Assembly: GCA_002633005.1 (NCBI GenBank)
Contig: NMRA01000058.1
Location: 696,735-760,734 of the forward strand
Reading direction: 5' to 3'
Source of the DNA: Phoronis australis
Lineage: Eukaryota > Animalia > Phoronida
DNA: 64,000 nt
In this document: one piece after another, positions 54,201-62,357 of the stretch
Layout: each line of letters opens with the position of its first letter
Numbering within the stretch: position 1 is the first letter of the stretch
The notes under the pieces: model-generated
Told to the model about the DNA's origin: nothing
Seen by the model: only the letters and a program-made list of their open reading frames with translations
The model's database searches: none
Made by a program: the position numbers and the translations under genes

Positions 54201-57200
54201 AAAAAATTGGATTATTAGAATTCATTCGTTCAGGAGCAAGTCATGGCTTTGTTTTATTGTCAAGGTTTCTTAAACCGGTGATTTTCAATCTGTAAACCTT
54301 GTTTGATAGGTTTTTGTTATTATCTGCATAATACTTTGTAGGTGCCATGATTTACATGTTCAAATTATAACTTACAAATAGAAAGAATAAGACATTTGAA
54401 AATCCCCAGATAGCATAGATTGTGTACTGTTTGTGACCTACACATTGTACAAGACAAAACGATTTTTGAATTGAGAGTCCATTTTATGACGATTTGAGAA
54501 CAACTTTCAAGACTGTAAGCATCATTATGAGCTTACCTTAGAAAATGCCGTGCTGAAGTGTGATAATTTAAACTTAAGCAGGTTGTAGTAGAAGAGATAT
54601 TGTAGTTATGGAGGCCTGCTGTACAACAACAAAATCAACAAAAAATTAAATTAACTTTCCTGTCTTCAAACACAAATAATAATCTGCTTTACAGTAGCTG
54701 TGTATTCAGTGCTGTGCCATTTAAGTTTCTGTGATTTCAGTGTTTTGTTGCTGCTACTTTATATTTTATTGGCTCTTACTGATTTTCTCTGAATTTATGA
54801 TTATATCATTTTATAAGACAGTTAGGTGTTTTGCTGTAGCCAGATGTACAAATCTGTTTTGAATAGTTGTTACTTTCCCCCACAGTCCTACAGAGGTCAT
54901 TGCTGTGCCCTGGACCTACTGGTCAGCATCTCCATCAACCTGGATGTGTGTGATGCAAAAGGTCACACACCCCTTGACCTGGCTGCCTACCAGGGTCATA
55001 CTGATTGCTGTAAGGTGCTGATAGAACACGGCGCCATGACAACAACTCAAGATGCGGTCACCAAGCGCATGCCTCTACATGCTGCTGGTGAGTGCCTGTT
55101 TAAGAAAAACAAGGACAGTGACATATATCTGATTGTGTCAAGGATTTATTTCTCATTTGTTTTCTGTCGACTAAATAAGTAGATTGCAGTGTAAAGTGAT
55201 TTTAGTTTGTTATTTTGCAAAACAATGTTTCTGTTAAATTTGAAAGTAGCTTAGCATAAAAGCAAAACACCTTTTAAATGATGATGCTGAATGCTGAATA
55301 AAAAGTCACGAAATAATAATCTTCAAAAATTAGATTGGGCCAGAGTTATGTGTGGCATTGTGGCGGCACAAAGGTGCAAAATGTGAATCACACGTTATGT
55401 AAATGTGAATCACACGTTATGTAAATGTGAATCACACATTATGTAAATAACATAGGGTTTGGTTGCGGAACAAGATGGCTCATGGACTCATGAACATAGT
55501 TCTGCACTCATCAGCAGGGCTCAGTTTACTGACTCACGATACACATCCCTGCACTCACAAAACAGCGTATGCATCCAAAAGGCATGATTCTTGGACTACA
55601 AGTACAGCTCCAGCGCCTGTAAAGATAACTCATGGACTCTTAACTGAGTCATTCAAGCACCTGATTTTTAGTTATGTGAATCAGCGAGTGTTTTTTTGGC
55701 GTGGAAGCTGTGTTTTGTGAATGCAGTCCCATGTATGTGAAGCCCTGTGGTGAACTGAGTTTACAGGAATGTGAGTGATGTTTGTAAATGCGCGAGTCGC
55801 GATGTTCGGGTATCCTGAGTTTATAATTTCTAAATAGTTAAGTACTACTTAATCATGTTAATCACTGTAAGGAGTTGACAAACGTCTTATTGACAAAACG
55901 AGAAAATTTTAGAGCAAAAGTTTCTGGTTTTATCGCTGATTCACAATTAGTTTCCACTAATTCGCATTACTATTTTCCCCTCAGCTATGACAAAACTTAA
56001 CAATTTTTTTCCTTCGTTTGTCATTTTTTTATAGAAAACTACTGTATTGTAGCAAGCACAGTCTTTTTTGTGATGAGGAGTGCGAGTGTCTTTGTACGGT
56101 GGTTTACAAAGAATTCATCTTGTTAAAATGGAGGCAAATTTTGGCGTACAATATCCAACAATGACCAAGAATGAACGCAGATACGTATCCTTGTTTTGTA
56201 GTTAGATTTGATTCATTAACTCACTGACTGTAGGTTGGCAGTAAAAAGTTACAACTTACTGTTGTTTCCCAACCTGCTCTGATGTTCCAGCTTACAATGG
56301 CCACCAAGATTGTGTGAAAGTGCTGCTATCCCACGATGCACCTGTAGATGCTGGTGATGAACAAGACAGGTACGCTTTGTTTGATGGTGTTTGGAGGAAA
56401 CTCAATAGGATACTGTCTCCTGGCTTATGTAGATACATTGTACATTAGATTTTAAGAAATTGGCGTTGTTTCAAAGCAAAAATGTTCAAAGGATTTAGTG
56501 TTATTCAGAGTCAGATTATCTTCTGGGTTTTTCATGCCCTTACTTTGACGACATCTGGCGAATTTTCACAAGTTCATCAATATTTTGACAACTACTGTAA
56601 CATATTCTAGGCTAACAAAGCTTAAGTCATTGCATTGCAAGATTAGGAATTGTCTTCATTTTTGTGATTTTTTTAATACAATAATTAATTATATACTGAC
56701 TTTTTGCCTCAATTATTATCATGTTTCTTAGATTTTGGATATGCATCAGTTATAAACTATTGGTGAATGCCTATAATGGTATATTAATATTCCAATTGTG
56801 TAGGACGGCCTTGATGCTAGCGTCCTGTAACGGCCATGTTGACTGTGTCCTCACTCTACTGGCTAACGGGGCGAATGTTCAGGCGTGTGACATTTACAAG
56901 AAGACGGCTCTTCATCGCGGGGTAGGCCAGTTAGCCACATGGAACAGAAACTAGCTTTATCATGCATATTATAATTTACTATTAAGGAAAATTAGTACTT
57001 AAAATGTTTGTTTAAATACAAGATATTACAAAGTGTGATCATGTAAATTACAAGAACTTGTCCTCTCATTTCTGGGTAGAATTACATAAGGTGTCACACT
57101 TAATTTTCCTTGTGATGTCATTCCTCAACTTGTCATTTTATTCCAAGATAGTGTTGATGGGGTTTGCCAACAACTTGGGACAATTATAACCACATGATGA

Positions 57201-60200
57201 TCCACAAAAATGTTCATTTTTTACTGTACATATGACTGCTAATGGTCACCATTTTATCTACAATTGATGTGGCTGTCTCTGACCCAATCCAGTCCTTGTC
57301 TCGGGGGCGGTCTACTAATGGCCTCACAGAATGCATGAAAGCCAGCAACTTTAGACAGTGCAGTACTGTTGTACACTGAAGTTGCACCACTCTGGTAATT
57401 ATTTGACTAAGGCACAAAGAGGACATGAAACATCGATTCTTAACTTTAAACTTCTAACAATGAAATGGCTTAACAGGTAACTTCAAAGTGTTCTTTTCTG
57501 TTTTATTTCATGGCTGCCAGCGATCAGTATCTTATCTCCGAATACGGCAACAACTGACCACTCCTGTCTCTTTCTTTGCAGGCGGCTAATGGTCACGAGG
57601 AATGCGTAGACGCCCTACTGCAACAGCAGGCAGACCCTCTCACCCCGGACAGTCGGGGACGCACTCCAGTACACCTCTCTAGCATGTGTGGCCATGTGGG
57701 CTTGTTGGGTGCACTATTGCAGGCCAGTAATGGTGACGCCAATCTATTGGACAACAAGAATTATACACCACTACACTGGGCGTGCTATAATGGTAAGTTG
57801 GAAAAGATTTTGTGTGGGGAATGGCGTCATTAAGGAATGAGAAGACTGTAACGTAAGTTTAACTTGTATGGGGCCCAAGATCACCAAATTTCACTGAAGG
57901 ATTGATTTGAAACTTGACCAATCACTTCACGTGATGTTTAAATGTGTTCTCAAAGCTTAACATGCAATTGATCAAGTTTTGAGTTGACAAATTGAAAAAG
58001 TTTCGGGTTGAGTCTCGGTTAAGGCTTGGTTTCAGTTTCAGGGCTGATTTAAACCCACTTTCAGTCAAATAGCAACTGTTGATTTAGGTCACTTAGTAGT
58101 TTAAGCCTGGTGTCACCTCCATAGTCTGATCAGACATGTATACTGTGCTGGTGAAGTACTGATGTATCACTTTTGTCCAAGACATGTATTGTGGGCTGGA
58201 CAAGTCCTTATGTATTGTTATTGTTCAAGACATGTATTGTGGGCTAGACAAGTTCTGATGTATCATTATTGCTCAAGACATGTATTGTGGCAACTAGTGA
58301 TTTAAATAAAAAGCTGTTTCGTAATGGAAGGTGATTTTTTTAGGAATGACATGTGATAGCAATATTATATCTTATAAGCATTACAACTGGTGGAATTGAA
58401 ATTATTAATCTTTGATATCTTGTGGAACATTTTAACTTAAGTGAACATGGCTTATGTCTTTGTCAATTTCCCTTGTCAGGTCACGATAGCTGTGTCGAAC
58501 TGATTCTGGAACATGGCAACCAAAAGGAGTTGCTTGGCAACCCATTCTCAGCTCTCCACTGTGCTGCGCTCAATAGTAATGACACTTGCGTGGACCTGTT
58601 GATTGAGGTGTTTGGCGAGAAGATCACCAACCTGCCCGACTCCAAGGGGAGGTGAGTGTGCCACCGGATGTGGCTTTGGAAAGATGGGTGTAACACTGGG
58701 AGTGAATTTGGGGAGGTGGGTGTGACAAGGGGAGTGGCTTTGGAAAGATGGGTGTAACACTGGGAGTGAATTTGGGGAGGTGGGTGTGACAAGGGGAGTG
58801 GCTTTGGGAAGGAGAGCGTGGCGCTGGAAGTGGTTTTGAGTAGGTGGTAGGCATAGCACATGGAGTGGTTTTGAGATGGTGGGCGGGACATTGGGAGTGG
58901 TTTTGGTAAGGTGGGCGTAACACTAGGAGTGGCTTTAGGAAGGTGGGCATTGCACTGGATGGAGTCTTGTGACAATTGTATGGCACTGGGCACGACCAAT
59001 GTTTTATTAAAATGGGAGGTGTCCAAATATTATTTTTGTGAATACTTTATCTGCAGAAAAAACAAATGTCAGAATTTTCATTGGTCTATTTTTAAAGACT
59101 GAATATATATGTTAAATAAATTTCTTTACTGTCTTATGGAATTGAGGCCTGTTTTCGCAACACATCTAGAGTAACCAGTGGTGTGTCCAAATTGAGGTTG
59201 AAAACTTTCCATTGTTACAGAACGGCACTGCATGCCGCCGCCTTCAGTGATCACTGTGAGAGTCTGCAGCTGTTGCTAAGCAACGGTGGTGATGTCAACA
59301 AGATGGACACGTCTGGTCATACTCCTCTAATTTTGGCCTCTATGAACGGACATTGTGCTGCTACTGGTAGGTTGCTTGGAGGTTTGAGGAAATGTCATAA
59401 TATTAGATTTTTGCCAAATTAGAAGCAAAAAGTTGATAACAGAAATGATGCTAAAGTGTGGCATGAAAATGTCATTTTTGTTTTCAACTTCTTGAAATGG
59501 CGTAAACTCTTGATTCGTTTTCACAACATTCACTGTTTTAATTTCAGACAATATTCTGACTTTTTTGATATACTTTAAAATTTGTACTTTCTGGCTGATT
59601 TGGTTGCAAAAGAGATAGTTTTGAACCACTTTCATCATTAAAGTTGTTTGTCATAAACTGTGGTGTTACTGATTTTGCATAATCAGCTGACTTGCTGTTT
59701 GCAAATAATCCAGTTTTGAATGAGGAATTTTGAGACTACAAGTGTAGAATGCCTCAAGGTAGATATTGTCGTCCACTGAGATGTACAACTGACAACTAAC
59801 TTGTTCACTGTGTCCACATGTACGTTGTCACATTGTAAACTGGATACTCAATGTTATTTCCAGAACTGTTACTGGACAATGAAGCTGATATAAGCCTGTC
59901 CGACTCTGACCGCAACTCAGCTTTGCACCATGCCTGTATGGCGGTAAGAACAGTTATTGTATTTTGATGTAGAGACACAATACAAGTTAGGCCGTGCCAT
60001 GTCAACTCTTAACGGCAATAGTTTGATATCACGTGCCCAACATATTTTAGAACCAGTTTTCTCCTTAGAATAACGTTTGTCAACTGGTTCTCAAAATTCA
60101 GGCACGTTTTCTCAAACTATTGCCAATCCAACGAGTGTTTGGGCAGGATATGGTAAAATCTCTCCAGTTTAGGACGCAACATGGCTGACAAGTGAAAATG

Positions 60201-62357
60201 TTATCCTTTTTTCATGCAACATATGCGACACCAAGTTGAATGATAGTCCGCGTTCAAGATTTGTACCATTAATTTTTGAAAAAATTGCGGTCATTCACAG
60301 CAATGTTGGAAGCTCTTGATAAAATAAAGTGCAATTTTGGCAGTTATTTTTCTCCGAAATTAGTGAGATTTCACCATACTAAACTAAAGACGGCCATATT
60401 ACACATTATTAGTAATCAGGCACATCCCAAAATACCACGGCGTGCTCTTGAATCTGTGGTATTTACCCACAATGCTGTGCATCAGTAGGCCATGCTAATC
60501 ACCTTTTTCAGCAAAATTGTTCTGACCCTTTGTCATTCCGATAATGATTCTAGTTTTTTTTATTGACAGCACTGTAACACGCAGTGCAGTCAGTAAAAAT
60601 GACATCCTAGGTGGGGTGCAAAATGATGCCGTTCTTTTCTTGATTGTCTCCCCTCGTTTACCTGCCTGGTCTGTCAAGAGCTAGGTCAGTCATGCAACGG
60701 GTTTTTCTACCTTTAGGAAAGAAGAGTCAGAATTAATTTCAGGATGTGAGTGGGGCAGTTAACAATGAAATGTTTCTATGATTTTAATTAATGAGGCACG
60801 TTCTCTACTTTCAACCGGTGAAAACAAAGCAAAGAGGATTGCACTGCATAAGCTTATGTTGTGTCTGTCCATTTCATTTAGTAAAAGTGCTTGTCTTCCA
60901 GCACCATGAGAACGCCGCCCTGTTGATCCTTGATAAGGTGGAAGATTCTACCACAGTCAACTTGACCAACAATGAACTCAAGACGTAAGTCAACTAAATG
61001 TGTAGCAACAGACGCCTGATGTGAACTGTTGTCTAGAGTGGGTAATCTGTCCACAGTGAACCTTGTCTTAGATTATGGGTGCCTTGTGTGGCATCACAAA
61101 AGCAACAGATTGTTATGCAATTGAATAGTGAGAATGTCTTTCAGTTAAGAGCTCAGAAGGCATAAATTACATGTTAGATTTGTATGATTTTTGGGTATGT
61201 GTTGCCTTATCTGTGTATTTAGCCAGTTTAAGTGAAAGTGTCTTTTGTAAAAACAGGAAGTACGTAGAATTGACTTTATACCAGTCTATCATTTATATTG
61301 GGTCATGTGGCCATGTATTTTTATAGTTAAATTTATTTGTACAGAACGGTACATTAGGAACGAAAAAGAACATGACTGCATTTCTTTTGATCAAAATCTT
61401 CAAGGCGAAATTAACCTTTTGTTTTTTCGCAAAGAACTCCACTTTTATGGAAAACTGAAATTTTTTAAAGGCATTTCTTTGCAGTATTTTGAGAGGCAAT
61501 TCAGAAGTCATACTATCTGAAAGTTTCATTTGAATCCAGTGATCCGTGATGTTGTTAGTTCTAACCAAAGGCAACAATGCAAACCATAAGCTTTGCATTA
61601 CTAGCCACCCCTTCTTCACAAATGTTTCCGCTTGTTTGGACTGCGGTGCATGTGTAGGACGATGACATCATCTCTCGTGTTCCCCTAGACCACTACACCT
61701 CGCTGCTCACGAAGGCCTCGTCTCTGTGGTCCAAGCTCTGCTACAGAAGGGTGCCAGCGTAGTGGCACTAGACGACCGCGGGCACACGCCCGCCCTGTCG
61801 TGTGCACCCAACAACCGTGTTGCTGACTGCCTGGCCCTCATCCTAGGCCAACTCATGCCATTCAGCCCTGGCAGTACGTTCAAGTCTAATGTCAACAATA
61901 GCAGTTTCAGTGAGTTTGGCCAGCATTTTGTTGGCATTATTTGTTTCTACAGCAAGCCTCATTCAAAAACAGTAGAATATAAAATTTTAAACAACACATT
62001 CAGATGTTATGTACTGATTAATTGAAATGTCCAGGACTACCATGATTCGGTCAAAAATAATTCTAGCGAATAATAAATTGCTAAATATTTTGACAGCCGT
62101 TTGGCAATTTATGTCTTAACTGTTGTCTAGTGGGACACATTCAAGTTGGTGACGGCATTATGTTTTATGTTAAATTGATTGTTCCAGGGCATGGATTCTT
62201 TTCCCTTAAAACGCACCATGCTGTCTTTCTTACAGATGCTACGAGAACTATAGAAACTAGTGATAACTCTTCCCTTCCACGCAACCTCAAGGACACAAAG
62301 GAACTGTCAGGATCAGCTAGGTCATTCCAGAGTACTGATTCAGATCAGTTCTACTAG
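3263..62357 (+). CDS. ANKRD28: Serine/threonine-protein phosphatase 6 regulatory ankyrin repeat subunit (ANKRD28/44/52 family), 21 coding exons, ~1029 aa
   Basis: Manually joined exons: 3263-3295, 36788-37021, 38147-38347, 38863-39015, 39664-39867, 48279-48365, 49110-49303, 50306-50458, 51517-51726, 52573-52684, 53050-53124, 54886-55087, 56291-56369, 56804-56921, 57582-57792, 58480-58651, 59221-59366, 59864-59943, 60902-60984, 61689-61909, 62236-62357. All introns are GT-AG with matching phases. Peptides match recalled ANKRD28 closely ([78 protein letters not shown]-terminal DSDQFY). In an invertebrate this is probably co-orthologous to ANKRD28/44/52. Confidence 0.93.
3361..3380 (-). promoter_or_regulatory. 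CTCF-like motif just inside intron 1
   Basis: Reverse complement reads CTGCCACTAGGCGGCA, close to the CCACYAGRKGGCR consensus. Confidence 0.35.
7540..8200 (-). mobile_element. Decayed Penelope-like retroelement 3' part (GIY-YIG endonuclease relic)
   Basis: Minus-strand fragments [50 protein letters not shown] and MNRDCG, with stops and frameshifts. Confidence 0.8.
8230..8542 (+). mobile_element. Degenerate 3' fragment of the HINE family seen at 17583
   Basis: TTCATGAAATTTGGCA core; end GTGGGTGCAGTTCAGCGCTCTGTGTTGCTTTTG is similar to the 18609-18644 terminus. Confidence 0.6.
8771..9136. mobile_element. hAT-like MITE with 5-bp target duplication
   Basis: Perfect 11-bp TIR CAGGGCTCGAC/GTCGAGCCCTG, flanked by AATTG on both sides; subterminal TGCGACCTG repeats. 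Confidence 0.85.
9490..9769 (-). mobile_element. TTAA-flanked non-autonomous DNA element (Kolobok-like ends), related to 51885-52336
   Basis: TTAAGG...CCTTAA ends. The reverse complement shares TTAAGGTTATGTAGG and GGTAGCCC..ATGC.AA.GTGG with the 51.9 kb copy. Confidence 0.55.
10882..11282 (-). mobile_element. Non-autonomous TIR element (AT-flanked, ISL2EU/Harbinger-like) carrying a THAP-like N-terminal relic
   Basis: TIR AGGGTCGTCCCGGATTACA / TGTAATCCGGGACAGTCTT flanked by AT; minus ORF starting [12 protein letters not shown]...KFFTF. Confidence 0.6.
13043..13580 (+). pseudogene. THAP zinc-finger domain relic inside a decayed DNA transposon
   Basis: RCIVPACPN...[16 protein letters not shown]...[12 protein letters not shown] follows the THAP C2CH pattern, with an in-frame stop and the His replaced. 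Partial inverted match between 13067-13089 and the GGGTGAGTTGCCG repeats at 13526-13569. Confidence 0.75.
15068..15556. mobile_element. Harbinger-like MITE with long imperfect inverted repeats
   Basis: Ends GACCCTTTCATACTGAC / GTTAGTATGAAAGGCTC; internal inverted pairs (GCGTCGAC; GGTAGTGCTGC / GCAGCACTACC). Confidence 0.6.
16388..16585. repeat. ~55-bp minisatellite, 3 copies, with a poly-C run
   Basis: GAGCTATTATTCAACAGCAT..CATACACTTGGAGGAATGATTG repeated. Confidence 0.8.
17583..18644 (+). mobile_element. Complete Helentron-associated non-autonomous element (HINE/DINE-1-like)
   Basis: 5' subTIR ATGCGCCCACA with nearby inverted copy TGTGGACGCAT, (GTCC)n microsatellite, ~150-bp internal tandem units, 3' subTIR TGTGGGCGCAT (18609-18619), hairpin CAACGC-TCC-GCGTTG and terminal CTTGTT. 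Confidence 0.85.
19340..20390 (+). mobile_element. Older degenerate HINE core-repeat array
   Basis: Repeated TTCATGAAA..TGG and GCGCC(A/T)CCT.GTGG-like units similar to the 17583 copy. Confidence 0.55.
20392..20909. mobile_element. Degenerate hAT-like MITE related in end structure to 8771-9136
   Basis: CAGTGCTCGA...TCGAGTACTG ends; flanks CTTTG/ATTTG (5 bp, 1 mismatch). Confidence 0.55.
21089..22477. mobile_element. TA-flanked Tc1/mariner-superfamily (pogo/Tc2-like ends) non-autonomous element, family 1
   Basis: TIR CCGTATTCGCCGTAATAACCGCCC / GGGCGGTTATTATGGCGAATACGG with TA on both sides; subterminal AAGCGCCC motifs. Confidence 0.85.
23710..24867 (+). CDS. Class A (rhodopsin-like) GPCR, FMRFamide-receptor-like/peptide-receptor group, single coding exon, nested in ANKRD intron 1
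   Basis: 385-aa intact ORF with 7 hydrophobic segments. Motifs: N-terminal NxS/T sequons, GN in TM1, NLAVFD in TM2, DRFIAI..P at the end of TM3, FLITYLP in TM6, [10 protein letters not shown] in TM7, KFRKEL helix 8, CCC cluster and a Ser/Thr-rich tail. Confidence 0.93.
   Translation: MEFNQSLPNESLGGMAFELDGNFSLLDTLDNVSTVILNTSNFTTPRVDVSKDLRIVIARNIRKLAVPILMVISFIGNMLSLCVFSRKTFRHTSCGVYFMNLAVFDFLSISFHLIVNYIGNDYPLVTNNEVMCVILRMCYQNTRRISNWTLVALTVDRFIAIGFPIHTARLCSPRRAVVTIVAIIISFTILGLDNVWFVSVNNGLCVSFNLQYANIIDKYVYFESFLATFPGVIILVLNVAIIYTLRHRVIEGTGSLRVSSAARVERKMTKMLLSVSFFFLITYLPIVVLRTMATVGTVCTFPIGRKPNCYLTMVILATVMMMNYSFNFFLYCIRGSKFRKELRRLLCCCPRQAQPLQKTEASTTTSNSSSHATLSPSVSSLSTNL
24866..24956 (+). terminator. 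Candidate polyadenylation signals of the GPCR (AATAAA overlapping the stop codon, second AATAAA ~24951)
   Basis: TAATAAAA at the stop; AAAATAAAA about 85 nt downstream. Confidence 0.4.
28425..29522 (+). mobile_element. Second near-identical HINE copy (centre is an N gap, 28491-29131)
   Basis: Both flanks of the gap closely match 17583-17650 and ~18270-18644. Confidence 0.85.
30894..32381 (+). mobile_element. Degenerate CCGTA-type TIR element, family 2, carrying a HIRAN-like relic
   Basis: The right ~380 bp match 41440-41777; end GGCATTAACCCGCGAGTGTACG; left boundary approximate. Confidence 0.65.
32407..32470 (+). pseudogene. Degenerate tRNA-like sequence (tRNA pseudogene or SINE head)
   Basis: GGGATTTAGCTCAACCAGCAGAGCATTTGGCT...GGTTCCAGATTTGATTCC resembles decayed A and B boxes. 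Confidence 0.35.
32480..32638. mobile_element. 159-bp TA-flanked MITE (CCGTA-type)
   Basis: TA|CCATATTCGTTCGGGTTAACGCCC ... GGGCGTTAACCCGAATGATTACGG|TA with internal TTAACCGCCC repeats. Confidence 0.8.
33540..34999 (-). mobile_element. Second copy of family 1 element with a frameshifted HIRAN-like ORF
   Basis: Colinear similarity to ~21300-22477; right TIR GGGCGATTATTAGGGTGAATACGG; minus-strand [13 protein letters not shown] / [34 protein letters not shown]; left end unclear. Confidence 0.75.
36250..36660 (+). promoter_or_regulatory. Second CpG-rich, promoter-like region immediately upstream of ANKRD exon 2
   Basis: Local CpG enrichment, GCGGAAGT ETS-type motif (~36414) and CAATGGCG YY1-like motif (~36494). 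Confidence 0.45.
36788..37021 (+). CDS. ANKRD28: ANKRD exon 2 (PSLVQ...RACCSKSE)
   Basis: tttcag|CCC ... GAG|gtgagt; ankyrin repeats. Confidence 0.93.
38147..38347 (+). CDS. ANKRD28: ANKRD exon 3 (DTVEVLL...FNGHLD)
   Basis: gtcag|GAC ... GAT|gtaaat. Confidence 0.92.
38863..39015 (+). CDS. ANKRD28: ANKRD exon 4 (MCKLLL...CRDKQ)
   Basis: ctcag|ATG ... CAG|gtactt. Confidence 0.92.
39664..39867 (+). CDS. ANKRD28: ANKRD exon 5 (MYTPLH...NHKGQ)
   Basis: catag|ATG ... CAG|gtatgg. Confidence 0.92.
40213..41777. mobile_element. CCGTA-type TIR element, family 2
   Basis: TA|CCGTAAACTCGC...GCGAGTTTACGG|TG; subterminal TAATCGCCC repeats at both ends. Confidence 0.8.
42434..44517 (+). mobile_element. 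Diverged HINE copy with core-repeat array (partly doubled around the N at 43135)
   Basis: Units with GTGCCCCCTAGTGGCA / GCACCACCTAGTGGCA; 3' end GTATGCGATGCACACAGTGGCGCA..CTCTTGTT. Confidence 0.7.
45530..46250. repeat. Diverged ~350-bp tandem duplication
   Basis: AGAATCTACTGAGAGTTAGTT, ACAAATGCTAATATTTCA and AAGGAAACTGT each occur twice about 330-340 bp apart. Confidence 0.7.
46740..48070 (+). mobile_element. Diverged HINE copy
   Basis: ATTATGCCGTC..GTCC start, core units, and 3' GTATGCGATGCACATGGTGGCACAT. Confidence 0.65.
48279..48365 (+). CDS. ANKRD28: ANKRD exon 6 ([12 protein letters not shown]...NVQ)
   Basis: tttcag|ACT ... CAG|gtctgt. Confidence 0.92.
49110..49303 (+). CDS. ANKRD28: ANKRD exon 7 ([19 protein letters not shown]...GADPF)
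   Basis: cgcag|GCT ... AG|gtgagt; not in the ORF track, translated by hand. Confidence 0.92.
49671..49838. repeat. 24-bp minisatellite, 7 perfect copies
   Basis: (TACCTCAGTATGGTGATGTCACAA)7. Confidence 0.95.
50306..50458 (+). CDS. ANKRD28: ANKRD exon 8 ([10 protein letters not shown]...AAACG)
   Basis: cttag|A ... GG|gtaggt; phase 2 at both ends. Confidence 0.9.
50514..50792. mobile_element. TA-flanked MITE
   Basis: TA|CGGTAAAAATTCTTCAATT ... AATTGGGGAATTTTTACTG|TA. Confidence 0.65.
51400..51509. repeat. 23-bp minisatellite, ~4.5 copies, abutting the exon 9 acceptor
   Basis: (CATATGGAGTCATGTGATATAAT)n. Confidence 0.9.
51517..51726 (+). CDS. ANKRD28: ANKRD exon 9 (NVECLDYLL...YDGEA)
   Basis: tttcag|G ... 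AG|gttagt. Confidence 0.9.
51885..52336 (+). mobile_element. TTAA-type non-autonomous element, same family as 9490-9769
   Basis: TTAAGGTTATGTAGGA ... TCCTACATACTATAA. Confidence 0.55.
52573..52684 (+). CDS. ANKRD28: ANKRD exon 10 (IVEHLL...VLDM)
   Basis: ttcag|A ... ATG|gtaagt. Confidence 0.9.
53050..53124 (+). CDS. ANKRD28: ANKRD exon 11 (LLEAC...TPLHLA)
   Basis: tacag|CTG ... GCA|gtaagt. Confidence 0.88.
54886..55087 (+). CDS. ANKRD28: ANKRD exon 12 (SYRGH...PLHAA)
   Basis: cacag|TCC ... G|gtgagt. Confidence 0.9.
55379..55446. repeat. 22-bp tandem repeat, 3 copies
   Basis: (AAATGTGAATCACACGTTATGT)3. Confidence 0.9.
56291..56369 (+). CDS. ANKRD28: ANKRD exon 13 ([12 protein letters not shown]...DEQD)
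   Basis: tccag|CT ... AG|gtacgc; not in the ORF track. Confidence 0.88.
56804..56921 (+). CDS. ANKRD28: ANKRD exon 14 (TALMLAS...LHRG)
   Basis: tgtag|G ... GGG|gtaggc. Confidence 0.9.
57582..57792 (+). CDS. ANKRD28: ANKRD exon 15 (AANGHEECV...WACYN)
   Basis: ttgcag|GCG ... G|gtaagt. Confidence 0.92.
58130..58290. repeat. Diverged ~48-bp minisatellite
   Basis: AGACATGTA(T)TGTG repeated four times. Confidence 0.7.
58480..58651 (+). CDS. ANKRD28: ANKRD exon 16 (HDSCVEL...DSKG)
   Basis: gtcag|GT ... AG|gtgagt. Confidence 0.9.
58670..58950. repeat. G-rich minisatellite (32-bp units; first four form a 64-bp unit x2)
   Basis: GTGGCTTTGGAAAGATGGGTGTAACACTGGGAGTGAATTTGGGGAGGTGGGTGTGACAAGGGGA twice, then degenerate units. 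Confidence 0.85.
59221..59366 (+). CDS. ANKRD28: ANKRD exon 17 ([11 protein letters not shown]...CAAT)
   Basis: tacag|A ... G|gtaggt. Confidence 0.9.
59864..59943 (+). CDS. ANKRD28: ANKRD exon 18 (LLLDNEAD...HHACMA)
   Basis: tccag|AA ... GCG|gtaaga; not in the ORF track. Confidence 0.88.
60902..60984 (+). CDS. ANKRD28: ANKRD exon 19 ([12 protein letters not shown]...ELK)
   Basis: tccag|CAC ... AC|gtaagt. Confidence 0.9.
61689..61909 (+). CDS. ANKRD28: ANKRD exon 20 (PLHLAAHEG...VADCLALIL...NSSF)
   Basis: cctag|A ... A|gtgagt. Confidence 0.88.
62236..62357 (+). CDS. ANKRD28: ANKRD terminal exon 21 (...STDSDQFY*)
   Basis: tacag|AT, phase 1. Ends in TAG after DSDQFY, resembling the family's acidic DSDSETY/F tail. 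Confidence 0.85.

Noticed and set aside
58481-59026. Pro/His-rich minus-strand ORFs (181, 120 and 103 aa)
   Set aside because: Antisense read-through of exon 16 plus the G-rich minisatellite
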